Shown here: positions 25,101-36,610 of the stretch, piece by piece
Layout of the letters: each line of letters opens with the position of its first letter
Position numbering within the stretch: position 1 is the first letter of the stretch
Assembly (NCBI GenBank): GCA_964035545.1
Contig: OZ037769.1
Span: forward strand, 15,778,633 to 15,842,632
DNA: 64,000 nucleotides
Reading direction: 5' to 3'
From: Bugula neritina
Taxonomy: Eukaryota; Animalia; Bryozoa
Made by a program: the position numbers and the translations under genes
The notes under the pieces: generated by a model
What the model was told of the DNA's origin: nothing
The model's input: only the letters and a program-made list of their open reading frames with translations
The model's database searches: none

Positions 25101-28094
25101 TAATTTTAGAAGAAATAATTGTTATTGTGACATTTTCTTTGTGATGTTCACTATTCTAATCATGATAGACGTATATATACGGTGTTAGATTATGTAATGA
25201 TTACACACAGGGGAAGAGATACAGTAGAGATGCTTACGGTACCGTAGAGATAGGGAACCAGCTCTTTGGTGTAAGAGATTCGGTGAAGAACTGAGAGGGT
25301 GAAGACTGGTGCCAGGTACTTGAGCACGCTGTCAGATTTACTCAGTAAATGCGGAGGTTTCATGAATGCTGCCGTCAGCTCTACACTCTACAGATAACAC
25401 CTTACACTGCATACTGTGGAATATGTTAATCGACTATCAGCTTAGGAAAGACAACTTCTAACTTAAAACTTACAGTTTTGTTGTGGAAAGGAATGGCTGA
25501 AGTAGGAATGAAAAACTCTTTCAAGTCAAATTTCAAATCTATTTCTTCTGAGTCTACAACCAATACACAGTAATGAGTAGAATGTATAGAGAATAGTATA
25601 TAATCTGTAATATGATGACATATAAGTATATAATATGATGACATATAGTATATAATATGATGACATATAGTATATAATATGATGACATATAAGTATATAA
25701 TATGGTGACATATAAGTATATAATATGATGACATATAAGCATATAATATAATGACATATAAGTATATAATATGATGACATATAAGTATATAATATAATGA
25801 CATATAGTATACAATATGATGACATATAATATATAATATGATGACATATAAGTATATAATATAATGACATATAAGTATATAATATGATGACATATAAGTA
25901 TATAATATGATGACATATAAGCATATAATATGATGACATATAAGTATATAATATGATGACATATAAGCATATAATATGATGACATATAAGTATATAATAT
26001 GATGACATATAAGTATATAATATGATGACATATAAGTATATAATATGATGACATATAAGTATATAATATGATGACATATAAGTATATAATATAATGACAT
26101 ATAAGTATATAATATGATGACATATAAGTATATAATATGATGACATATAAGCATATAATATAATGACATATAGTATATAATATGATGACATATAGTATAT
26201 AATATGATGACATATAAGCATATAATATGATGACATATAAGTATATAATATGATGACATATAAGTATATAATGTGATGACATATAAGCATATAATATGAT
26301 GACATATAAGTATATAATATGATGACATATAAGTATATAATATGATGACATATAAGCATATAATATGATGACATATAGTATATAATATGATGATATATAA
26401 GTATATAATATGATGACATATAAGTATATAATATGATGACATATAGTATATAATATGATGACATATAGTATATAATATGATGACATATAAGCATATAATA
26501 TGATGACATATAGTATATAATATGATGACATATAAGTATATAATATGATGACATATAGTATATAATATGATGACATATAGTATATAATATGATGACATAT
26601 AGTATATATTATGATGACATATAAGTATATAATATGATGACACGTTTCACTCACCATTGTAGGGATGAGGCAGGGAGAAGTGCAGAGCGTAAGTATCTTT
26701 ATTCTTGTCAGTCAGCCAACCCATGAAATGTCTGGTCAGTACTTTCTTATCTTCTTCTACAAGAGAGTAGAGCAGGAAACCGAGAATTGATAAACACATT
26801 CAGTAATATAACACACAGTTCAGTAATAAGACAGACTATCAGAAAACTGTTTCTTTTGCCTCTGCAATACCGGGAGAGGCAGAACTCTGGTACTGGACAA
26901 GTAATTAAAGCATCTGACTGAGAAGAGAAGAAACTAACCACTGGAGTTAGTGAGTAGCATGTACTGAATATTGATAGAGTCCATAGAGTTGAGAGAAGAC
27001 AACTCTACGTCTGCCTCATCACTCATATCTATTTCATCTATGTTAACAGTGTGTTGGGACTGTACAGTAAACACTGTCACCATCTAAAAGAGCATAGATA
27101 TTGGACATGCTCTACAACAATCATGTTTTAATACTTGCAAGATCTAAGATTATGTCAATAAACTGATGAATACTTTAATAATAATTCTTCTTTTGCAGAA
27201 AAAACTATGAAACTGTGATCTAACATCTAACAACTTCTGCACTTACCTTGACTCGACATATTCCTACCAGAGTGAAAGCTTTGGCCACTTGCTGCTGTAC
27301 TTTGAAACCCAGTAGCGAACTGACTATTGTAACCTCTAGATCATACTGCATGCCGGGTTTCTGCAGAAAACTTGGCGTGTTATTCATTGCAGTAGTTGTA
27401 TTTTCAATTGTTATATTATTCCTTAATTTTTTAAAAGCTGTTTAAAAGACTAGGAAATTGGATGAGGTTATTTGAGGATTTTGATTTTAATAATATTATG
27501 ATCTTGGTTTACCTTGACTAAATTCTGGTACATATTCAAGGCTTTAGCCAAGGCCTCAGACAAACTACTAGATGATTTTGATTGCTTTGTACAAACAAAC
27601 TCAGTGTGCATTGATCTGACCGCTTCAAAACATCTGGCAAAGTTGCATCTAATTTTCTCAAAGCCGAGAATCACCTGTAGTAGAAACAATTATAGACGAG
27701 TAAAGCTACCTTATACAAATAATTGTATTACCATAGATATCTCAAAGATATCAAACAAATTACAGCAAAAGACTTGCAATTTTAAGCTTTAATAAAACTA
27801 ATTGATGTTATTTTACATAAAAATGTATTTCTACTGAATAACGTGCAATTAATCAACAGTGATTACCTCTTCAGAAAGTCCATGTGAATTATTGGCCACT
27901 AAGATAGCAAGTAAGGGAACTCTAGGAGGACCCGGCATAACACTTATGATTGGTAAAACCTGATGAAGACACTCAGCTACAGTATCTAGATTCTGAGCTG
28001 TTGAAGGAAAACTCAAATCTATGAGTAAACATTGTATGGGCTGTTGATTTAATGGCTGTCTTAAAAGGTCATGTGTTTCAGAATATGACTCCAT
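22135..28094 (-). CDS. M1AP: Meiosis 1 arrest protein, 710 aa
   Basis: 13 exons: 28094-27867, 27674-27513, 27360-27247, 27083-26939, 26756-26655, 25553-25474, 25387-25238, 24896-24795, 24696-24484, 23980-23855, 23239-23102, 22899-22755, 22562-22135 (2133 nt, in frame). Matches remembered human M1AP motifs: QQP..LLI, GPPR..L, NFAR, LEVTI, LKFDLKE, LYGTPMVLEATQCWKIDWDELEVN (human LTYGLPFILRPTSCWQLDWDELETN), YYCIFP. Confidence 0.9.
25607..26641. repeat. 22/23-bp minisatellite (ATGATGACATATA[A]GTATATAAT)
   Basis: About 45 copies filling M1AP intron 5; source of three spurious ORFs longer than 340 aa. Confidence 0.95.
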
Positions 28095-28597
28095 TATTCT
28101 AAAAAAGATTAATTAATACATAAAGTGAAAACAAAAAAGATTTTTTGATTTATACACTATTAATATATCATCGGTGATAAAAGTAATAAAAACGTAAAGT
28201 GGATTTTATTATCACTATAGGACTGGCGTACCATATAAAACAACCTTTATAAGAAACTATGTATTTTATTCTAATAGGAAACAATGCTTATTGAAACCAT
28301 TTGTATTACAAAGTAAATTCAAATATTACTTTACCTTATACTAAAACAGTAAATAACTTTAGTAATAAAACAAAAAAACCGACGTGAAAAATATATAAGT
28401 GCCTGGTGAGGTTAATGTTTAAAACTATCGATATTGTGCTATACTGTTGATTATGCAAGTATATCATTTTAGAGTGAGTTTAGCTCTTTTATGCTTGTGA
28501 CGCTTATTTATAGCTATGTAGCCTAATAGCTGAACATAAACCTAGTCATTTTAGATGGCTAAGACTTTAGCACACATCATACTATATTTTATTATTA

Positions 28598-28812
28598 GGG
28601 AGCAGCCGTGGTCTAGGGGTTAAAGTGTTTGCTTTGTGAACACGAAGTCATGGGTTCGAGCCCCGACAAAGGCCATTGGTGATGTTAGGAAGAGCATCCA
28701 GTCATAATTGCTCCTGTGCCTCATTTGAACAAGTCCTTAGCCCGTTCTAATAAAAACCCTTTCCAACAGGGGTTTCTCACAGGGATAGCGACTATAAACT
28801 TGCGTGAGTTTT
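28598..28812 (+). mobile_element. tRNA-derived SINE, copy 2
   Basis: Same A/B boxes, core and tail as copy 1. 18-bp TSD ATACTATAT[T/C]TTATTATT at 28579-28596 and 28813-28830. Confidence 0.9.
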
Positions 28813-30306
28813 ATACTATATCTTATTATTGTGAATTTCACTAGTGCATAGTGCCAGCTGGTGGCTATTAACACTGGACGAGCTGTATGTTGGACGCACC
28901 AACACATCTCCTGAATGGATGTCTTGGATATTATGTTGAGCAGTGCTTTATTGTTATAACTGTTATTACAACGCTTTACAATTGTATCAGCATTACCAGT
29001 AAAACTAAGATTTGTACTTATATAGTACTTATAACATTAACAAAAGTCTAGTAAAACTAGAATATGTGTGCATCACTTCATTGTCTAAAAGTAAACATGT
29101 GTAGGTACCTTTAATTTTAGTGAAAGTAATTTTTGCATTGTGATTATTTGAAACTTTTTTAAATTTACAACTCAGCCAAAATATTGATAGGTAACTAATT
29201 TTGATTTTCAGCTCTACTAACAAAATTATCATTTAGGTTTAGCAAGCTGAGGCTTACTCCAGCAATGCAATAGTATATTCCGTTTCAACCAAAACATTAG
29301 CATCAGCATGATCTGTTACCCTAACAGGACAAAGCAGAGATAGGTGAAAAACAAATTGGCATCAGCATGATCATGGTGAAATTGATATTCACAATCATAA
29401 TCATAATGATACTCCTACTGATAATGATAGTCGTACTCATAGTGATACAAGCCAATAACAACTTTGAGTATAACACTATAAGGACTAACTCTAAGGAGTA
29501 AAGGACTAATTAGTAATTAAAACTTAAAATAACCGATACTAAAAATAATTAGCTTCAAGCAGGAAACCAACAATTTAATTCTCTGATACTATAATACTTA
29601 TCAGTAGTAATAAATAGCAATGACAAATTCAAAGATACCAAGGGTCACAACAGAATAATTAACCAAGTCCAATGTCAATGTGAATGTTGAAATTCAACTT
29701 AAAGTCAAAGACTGAAAGAGTTGAAGTACAATACTAATACTAATAGTCAATAAGCATAATTATATTGATATGCCATTTCATGGAGCTTTTTGCAAAAGTT
29801 GACCTGAGCCAATATAATTTACAAACGAACTACTTCAAATATTGGCAAAAAAAGGTATATGGCGATTAACAATTTATTCAATACTGATACACAAGTACAA
29901 TGACCACGTCTTCCCGAATGGTACTAATACAAATGCTTCTGGCACTACCAAATACTCAACCAACTAAAGTTCGTCTGTTAGTAGATTTATAATCTTACCT
30001 ACAGACAATCGGTATATTCATTGAAATGTTCAATCCAATAAAAGGAGAAATACTAGAAAAATGTTAAAGAGTAGACAACTCTTGAATAACCGAACTATAT
30101 CACTTTGAAATATCAACCTGCCATATTACTAATATAAAAACATTATAAAAATGAAGTTAAAAGAGATTTATTTTTTGTTTAAACAAAATTCAAGATACCA
30201 TACAAGTAAATAGAAAAAAAATTAATACTTTATACATAAAATGATTGACATAGCACAAATAAACTTTGAAGATCATAAAAACGAAAACAAGCGAACAGAG
30301 CAGTAA

Positions 30307-33300
30307 TTAGGTATTGTTTACACTGGAGGGAGTTTTCTCCCCGACTTTAACCAGCACACTGACAGATGATATGTATTTACAGACAGACAATGCTGTTTCC
30401 CATGCTGAGATTGTAGTTGTGACATCATTAACTAGCTGGATGTCATGAGATGATTGTGTAAACATTGCTAGGGAGGACAACTCTTCAATAAATATTCTAG
30501 TTGAAGCTTGTAGCATTACATCGCCACACCTCCACAAGTCTGAAACCAAAACACGCTTTACATACTGATGAGCGAGTCACAAATCACTCAAGGAATTACA
30601 AGAATATTATATGCAATATATTATAAATCGATTAGCTACGAATATTTTTTGAAAACAATAAGCAATGTCTGAGAAAGAGGCATAAGAAAGACTGTGTACC
30701 TGTATGTAGGTGGAGGTGGTTGACAATGTCCCGCAGCGAGACATTTACTAAACAACGACCAGAGACTACGATACTCTTAAACCTAGACAGAGCGTGTTTG
30801 AATCTTTCCTCCAAGATAAAAGAGCTATCTTTCGAAGGACTGCACAATATTGCAGTTAACTAAAACAGAAGCTGATAGTGTCATCGGATAGGATAGGTGG
30901 AATGTTAAAACCAATGACTTCATCTACAGTTGGGGTGACTGAAGATGATTTTAGATGCAAATTAAGCTTTACAGAATATTAGATGAGTATGTAAGGGAAC
31001 TTCAGAGTAAGAATAAAAGTAAAGTGTTAGCTGAGTTCTTAGAAATATCCTTAGTGAACAACTCACCATTGGAGTAGAAACTGAGGACTGGTCAACATCC
31101 AACTCTATGTTTACTAAACGGGAAGCATTCTTGTAGAGAGGAGACAACTTCAACTCACAATTAAATTCCTGAAAACCAAAATACATAATATGTGTAAGAG
31201 ATTCAACTCTGGTTGTTTATCTTTGCAAAAGAGTAGATAATATAGGAAAATAGTTTTTTTTACAAAAACTGATAACATAGATGTGTCATAAGTAGCCTAT
31301 TTGTTAATGTAATATATATTATATTACTCTGTTATTAGATTATATTACTGTGTCATTATATTATAAATGATATTATTTCACTATTATATTATATATCATA
31401 TAACGCTATTATTGTATTATATATTATAGAACGTTTTGCTATTGTATTATATTATATCGTATATATAATATAGAGATACCTATAACCCACCAGTGAGGAA
31501 ACATCAGGGTAATGTATGATAGGAGTATCAGTAGACTGAGATATATATGAGAGTATGGAATAGCTTGTGTTCTCCAACACTATCACACCCCTCCCTAACA
31601 GATTCTGCTTTAGAGTTGGTTCACAGTACCCTTTCATTAACAAACAGCTGTTCCCATTCTAAAATAATCTGCAGCTTACTGTGAGAGAAGCAGAAACATA
31701 AAGAGCACTTGCACATACCTGCGTATACAGAGTACCTGCACATACCTGTGTATACAGAGCACCTGCACATACCTGTGTATACAGAGCACCTGCACATACC
31801 TGTGTATACAGAGCACCTGCACATACCTGTGTATACAGAGCACCTGCACACACCTGCGTATACAGAGTACCTGCACATACCTGTGTATACAGAGCACCTG
31901 CACACGCCTGTGTATACAGAGCGCCTGCACATACCTGTGTATACAGAGCACCTGCACACACCTGTGTATACAGAGCGCCTGCACGTACCTGTATAACAAG
32001 ATCTAATGTCGAGTCACACCAGCCTCTGCTATTCATATTTATACTGATGTCCTTTGCTTTTAGAACCTGTTTGAAGTCAACAGTCTTTTTATATCCGGTG
32101 TGAGTGTAGTTGGGGTGGAGGTCTCCCTGGAACAACTGTAATTCAACATATTCATTGACATGGGAAAACTGCAGCTAAAATTTTATAAAATGAAGCTTAA
32201 TTTATCAAATGTGGCTTTGCCAATGTGCATACTAGGCAATAAGTAAGCACATATTTGTAAGAATCTTGTAAAATCTGTCAATTTTTTATGTTGGAAAACA
32301 ACTTAAAGTTTATTCTGTCTAATTAGCAGAAAAAATTGGCTAACAGCATTATTTATATTCATACAGTGCTTCTTTCAACATAACATATAAGTATTACATA
32401 TAACATAAACCACACTAGTATAACGACATGATAGAATAAGATACAACATATTACTGTACCATATAACATACTAGCAAATCTCACCAGAGTTCTAAAGACG
32501 GCAGTAGAACACCTAGAGAGGGCGTTGAACACCTCCCCGTCACAAGACACAACCATTCCTGGACACACCTCTGATAAGGAACTGACTACGTCAACACAGC
32601 TCACTGTGTTTACATTGTTCAGACAACTCCTACCACCAGCTAGAGAATCTGATGACTCATTGAGATCAACCACTCTCCGCAACAACCTCTCTACTACATC
32701 ATCATATCTACATAGACCCTCAATGATATCTTCAACATATACGCTAGATGTCTTTGTAGACTGAGATGTAAATGGAAACGGTTGTTCAACAACCGTATTT
32801 ACAGTTTCGGGATATTGCGCTATGCTGGTGCTGGTGTCTGGGGATAGATCGGTTTGAAGATTTCGACTGTACATCTTGGAGGAGGTTTGAGATGTGTTGG
32901 AGTTTGAGTTTGATTTTGATCTCACAGATGCTAAGGCAATGTTCAGCCATTCAACACTAGAAGTTGTACTACCTGTAGGTAATGATGTAGTAGTGACTGT
33001 AGTCTGTGGTACAGCAGGTTTTGCGAGTGAAGCATCGGTTACAGTTGGTGTAGAGACGGTCACAGATGTAGTGACTGTCCTCTGTGTTACAGCAAGCTCA
33101 GATATATTGACTGTAGTTGGTGCAAAGACGGTCTCTGGTGTAGTGACCGCAGTTGGTGTAGAGACGGTCACTGCAGGTGGTGAGCGGAATTGAGTGCCTG
33201 TAGATGATGTAATATCTGAGGAATGTCTAACTTTCTGCTCACCAACTTCAATCTGCTCGATGAAGTCGAAACAGTCTTCAAAGTCATCATCATCTGAGTG

Positions 33301-35084
33301 GGTGTGGCTAGCTGACTTTCGAGCAGACACTAGAGTCGGTACGGAAGGAATATTTATCGGGTCAGCAGTTGTGGCAGCGAGAGTGTCATCTGGCTCGAAA
33401 AACCAAGAAACATCATCAAAATGATTATCGATTGCCCTGACTTCCGAACTAAGTGATGATGTAGTCTGAGAGCTATGTGATGCTGTAGTCTGAGAACTAG
33501 TTACTAACGATGTCCCCAAAGAAGTTTGAGATTTACTGCTGGACTGCTCTGTTTCTTGCCTTGGTCTCTGTTTCAGTGAAGTTGAAAGACTGTTGATGAT
33601 AGAAATACTCACATCTAGAAGCTTGTCGAAACTTTCTAAGGACTCCCTCCTTGAACAGCCCTAGTAAAGCATCCAGTACTACAGTTTAAACTTACTGCAA
33701 CATTTAGTACTACAGTTTAACAGACTGCAACATTTAGTACTACAGTTTAACAGACTGCAACATTCAGTACTACAGTTTAACAGACTGCAACATTCAGTAC
33801 TACAGTTTAACAGACTGCAACATTTAGTACTACAGTTAAACAGGAAATCCTACGACATCTTACAAGCTGCATAAATCCAGAAGTTTAAATAGAAAGAAAG
33901 ATTCCAATATCACTTAAAATCAAAATATTGTAAAAAGACATGCAGAAAATACAAGTTACTTATTCTCAAATTCTAAATTTAGTTGGTAAGCTGGAAAATA
34001 AACATTAAAAGTTTGTGGAACCGGAAACATATATAGTACACTAGCTATGACTAGCTTGGTTACAAACAGAGCAAAGAAGATAACTCCTAAAATTATGAGT
34101 ACCTATAAAACCTTATACCTGCCTGATGAGCGTGTTGTAGGTGCGATACCAGGTGAAGGTCATACACAGCAGCAGTCTGACACTACATCCATGCTTGTTG
34201 TGAAATGAAGCTACGGATTCTACCAAAATCTGACCAATAGGGTGCTAGAAAAACCACATTTAAACTTTACTGTCACAATAATTCTCGTAACAAATTTTCC
34301 CATTTGGCTCATACAACTAAATTTGACAAAAATAAAAGAAACTATTTCTGCAAATTTTCACAGATCTCTTCAACAAAACACAAACAAACAACTATAAGAT
34401 TATTCAACAGACCTCAATGTTGAGATTCTTTAGCAGATGATAGCAACATTCAACAGCTGTAGATTCTGTTTCATCCACAACATACTTGCATCTGCAATAA
34501 ACTGCGTTTATTATACTATCATAATGTACTCGTATGTATATGATATAAAAATTATACTATTAGTAATATAATATAAAGATTATACTGCTAGTCATAGTAA
34601 GGTAGATTTAATATAATAATTATATTATAAATTATATAATATGATAATTATACTATAAGTTACATAGTCATAGTAAGGTAGATTTACCTGCATTGTTGTC
34701 TGTAACCTCTCACAGCATATCCACCTAGAACAACCAATCAAATACTCTATAAGCAAATTATCAGCCAACTCACACTCACTTGAGTATTTTTGAAAAACAC
34801 AAATCACATAAAACATTGGTATCTCTTCTAAACATGAATAAATTATCACCATAATTTTTTTAAAACTAGGATTGCATTTATGATGAGTTGAAATGAGTTA
34901 TACTACTACCAATAACAATTGTAATTTATAGCAAACTAGTATCAATTTTTGTGTAATTTGAAATAAATTGAGCTTCAATAAGTTATATGAAAAAGATTAT
35001 AATCTGACAGAATAAAATGATTATTGATCACTCACATAAGCATTCCACCACTTGCTGCACAGTAAGGTTGTCAATATTCTGCAT
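30307..35084 (-). CDS. BBS12: Bardet-Biedl syndrome 12 chaperonin-like protein, 771 aa (using the most proximal donors)
   Basis: Exons 35084-35036, 34724-34688, 34491-34413, 34244-34119, 33660-32485, 32174-31989, 31658-31491, 31168-31067, 30859-30700, 30539-30307 (2316 nt, in frame). Collinear with remembered human BBS12: CKYVVDE..LLKNLNIEHPIGQILVESV (KFIIDE..LLESLDLTSAVGQLLNEAV), VCPG, GDLHPNYTHTGY..W...LDLVIQ (GDLTENYRHLGF..W...LQVLIQ), EERF..A..R, DVTTTISAWETAL (DVVTPKIEAWRRAL). Confidence 0.88.
31706..31994 (-). repeat. 27-bp minisatellite made of copies of the BBS12 exon-6 donor
   Basis: Sense unit CAG|GTATGTGCAGGTGCTCTGTATACA, about 10.5 copies, starting exactly at the exon end. Confidence 0.92.
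33674..33842. repeat. 30-bp minisatellite (CAGTACTACAGTTTAACAGACTGCAACATT)
   Basis: About 5.5 copies adjacent to the acceptor of the large BBS12 exon. Confidence 0.9.
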
Positions 35085-36288
35085 ATTCCAAGCTATAATA
35101 CAATAATGAGCGTCAATAAAAATATTTTCAAAAGACAAAGTTTTTGGGTTAATAGATATCTACAAAAAAAGAGAAAAAAGTGATAATGCTACAGTGACAG
35201 CTACATAATATTTACATGTTAACACTTAAAAATCAATATTAGGATAAATTTAATAATAAACCTGAAGCTTACAAAAACCAAAGCTATGTTTCTGTTATGT
35301 GACAATTTGAGGGATAAAATTAACTGGCGCTGCAATAACTGATAGTTTTAACAACCAACACATATCTATCACAAAATAGTGACATTAAATATTTAAACGA
35401 GTGTAGAAGCAAGAGACTACACAGACCAAAGCAAACTAACAATAATTTATTTAAATGTCAAAAATGAGAATTTCAACCTAAATTCTGATTTTAGTTATCA
35501 CATTAGAATATAAAGTTTTAGCCTTAGGGAAGAGTAAATATTATGAATTAAGATGAAAATTTAAAAACACAACTAAAAGTATTTATACCAGCAAAAGTAA
35601 TATAGATACACAAAAAAAACTAAGAACATATGACTATATGAAAAAATTGATAACAAGCACTATTTATTTTCAAATAAAACATGAATAAAAATAATTTTAT
35701 GCACCGTATTATTTAATTATAATGGTTACTAATTATTATAATTATTGCACAATCACCAACCGTAAAAATATAAATTACTGCTAGTAATACTAAGAGCAAG
35801 TTTAATAGCAATACCAAGTAATAGTACTAGCATCAGTACAATAACGATATTCATAATGATAATATTAAAAATCATTATGATTATTGATAATCATAATGAT
35901 AATATTATTAATCATAGTCATAGTGATAGTATCAACGATTGACAACGACAACGTCTTTTACTTTTCAACAATAATTGTGACGGCTAGTAATATTTGATAT
36001 TAAAACCGTCAAAGATACAGCAACAGATACGAAATATTCACACCAATACGCTACCCGACTAGTAATTTCGCTTTAAATTTTAATGCTTCATTTATTTACT
36101 AAATGAATGAAGCACTAAAATTATAATAATAATAATAGAGCAGAGAACACTAAACGGATATGTTAAATAAAGCAAAACAGTTGAGTAAGTGAAAAAGATG
36201 TTATACGGTTGTCAAACCTCCGCGAGTCAACCAATTAAGTTATCAAAGCCAGAACAACACCAAAGATCACACTGAAAAACACAAAAAA

Positions 36289-36301
36289 GTTACCTAACAA
36301 C
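36289..36301. promoter_or_regulatory. Candidate RFX X-box in the BBS12/PKD1L1 divergent intergenic region
   Basis: GTTACCTAACAAC fits GTHNYY-N-RRNAAC. It lies 310 nt upstream of the PKD1L1 ATG and overlaps a possible BBS12 5'UTR donor (AG|GTAACT on -). Forkhead-like ATAAACA at 36392-36398. Confidence 0.4.
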
Positions 36302-36610
36302 TGCTAAAAAATATTTGTGTATATAAAAATATTATTGTATTTTAATATAATAATCGAAAATTTTGACTACTGTCTTGAACAATTCACGCGCATAAACAAT
36401 TTTCGGAACTGAGTCTATGCTTGCGAATGTGAGCTAGAAAAATGTAACGGATCTGACTATAGTACGGATAATTACTATTGCCTATTGATAACGGAATAAC
36501 AGTGAAACTGAAAGTAAATTACTATTGCTCAATTTGTTTTTGTTTGTATTAACAAAAGTCAAAGTTGTTGAAAGAACAAAAGATTGTATTTTGTTCAATA
36601 TGATTGAAAT

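Noticed and set aside
25426-26657. Three overlapping 342-405-aa ORFs
   Set aside because: They are translations of the 22/23-bp minisatellite in M1AP intron 5; only 25553-25474 is a real exon.
32525-33424. Plus-strand ORFs opposite BBS12
   Set aside because: Antisense shadows of the large low-complexity BBS12 exon.
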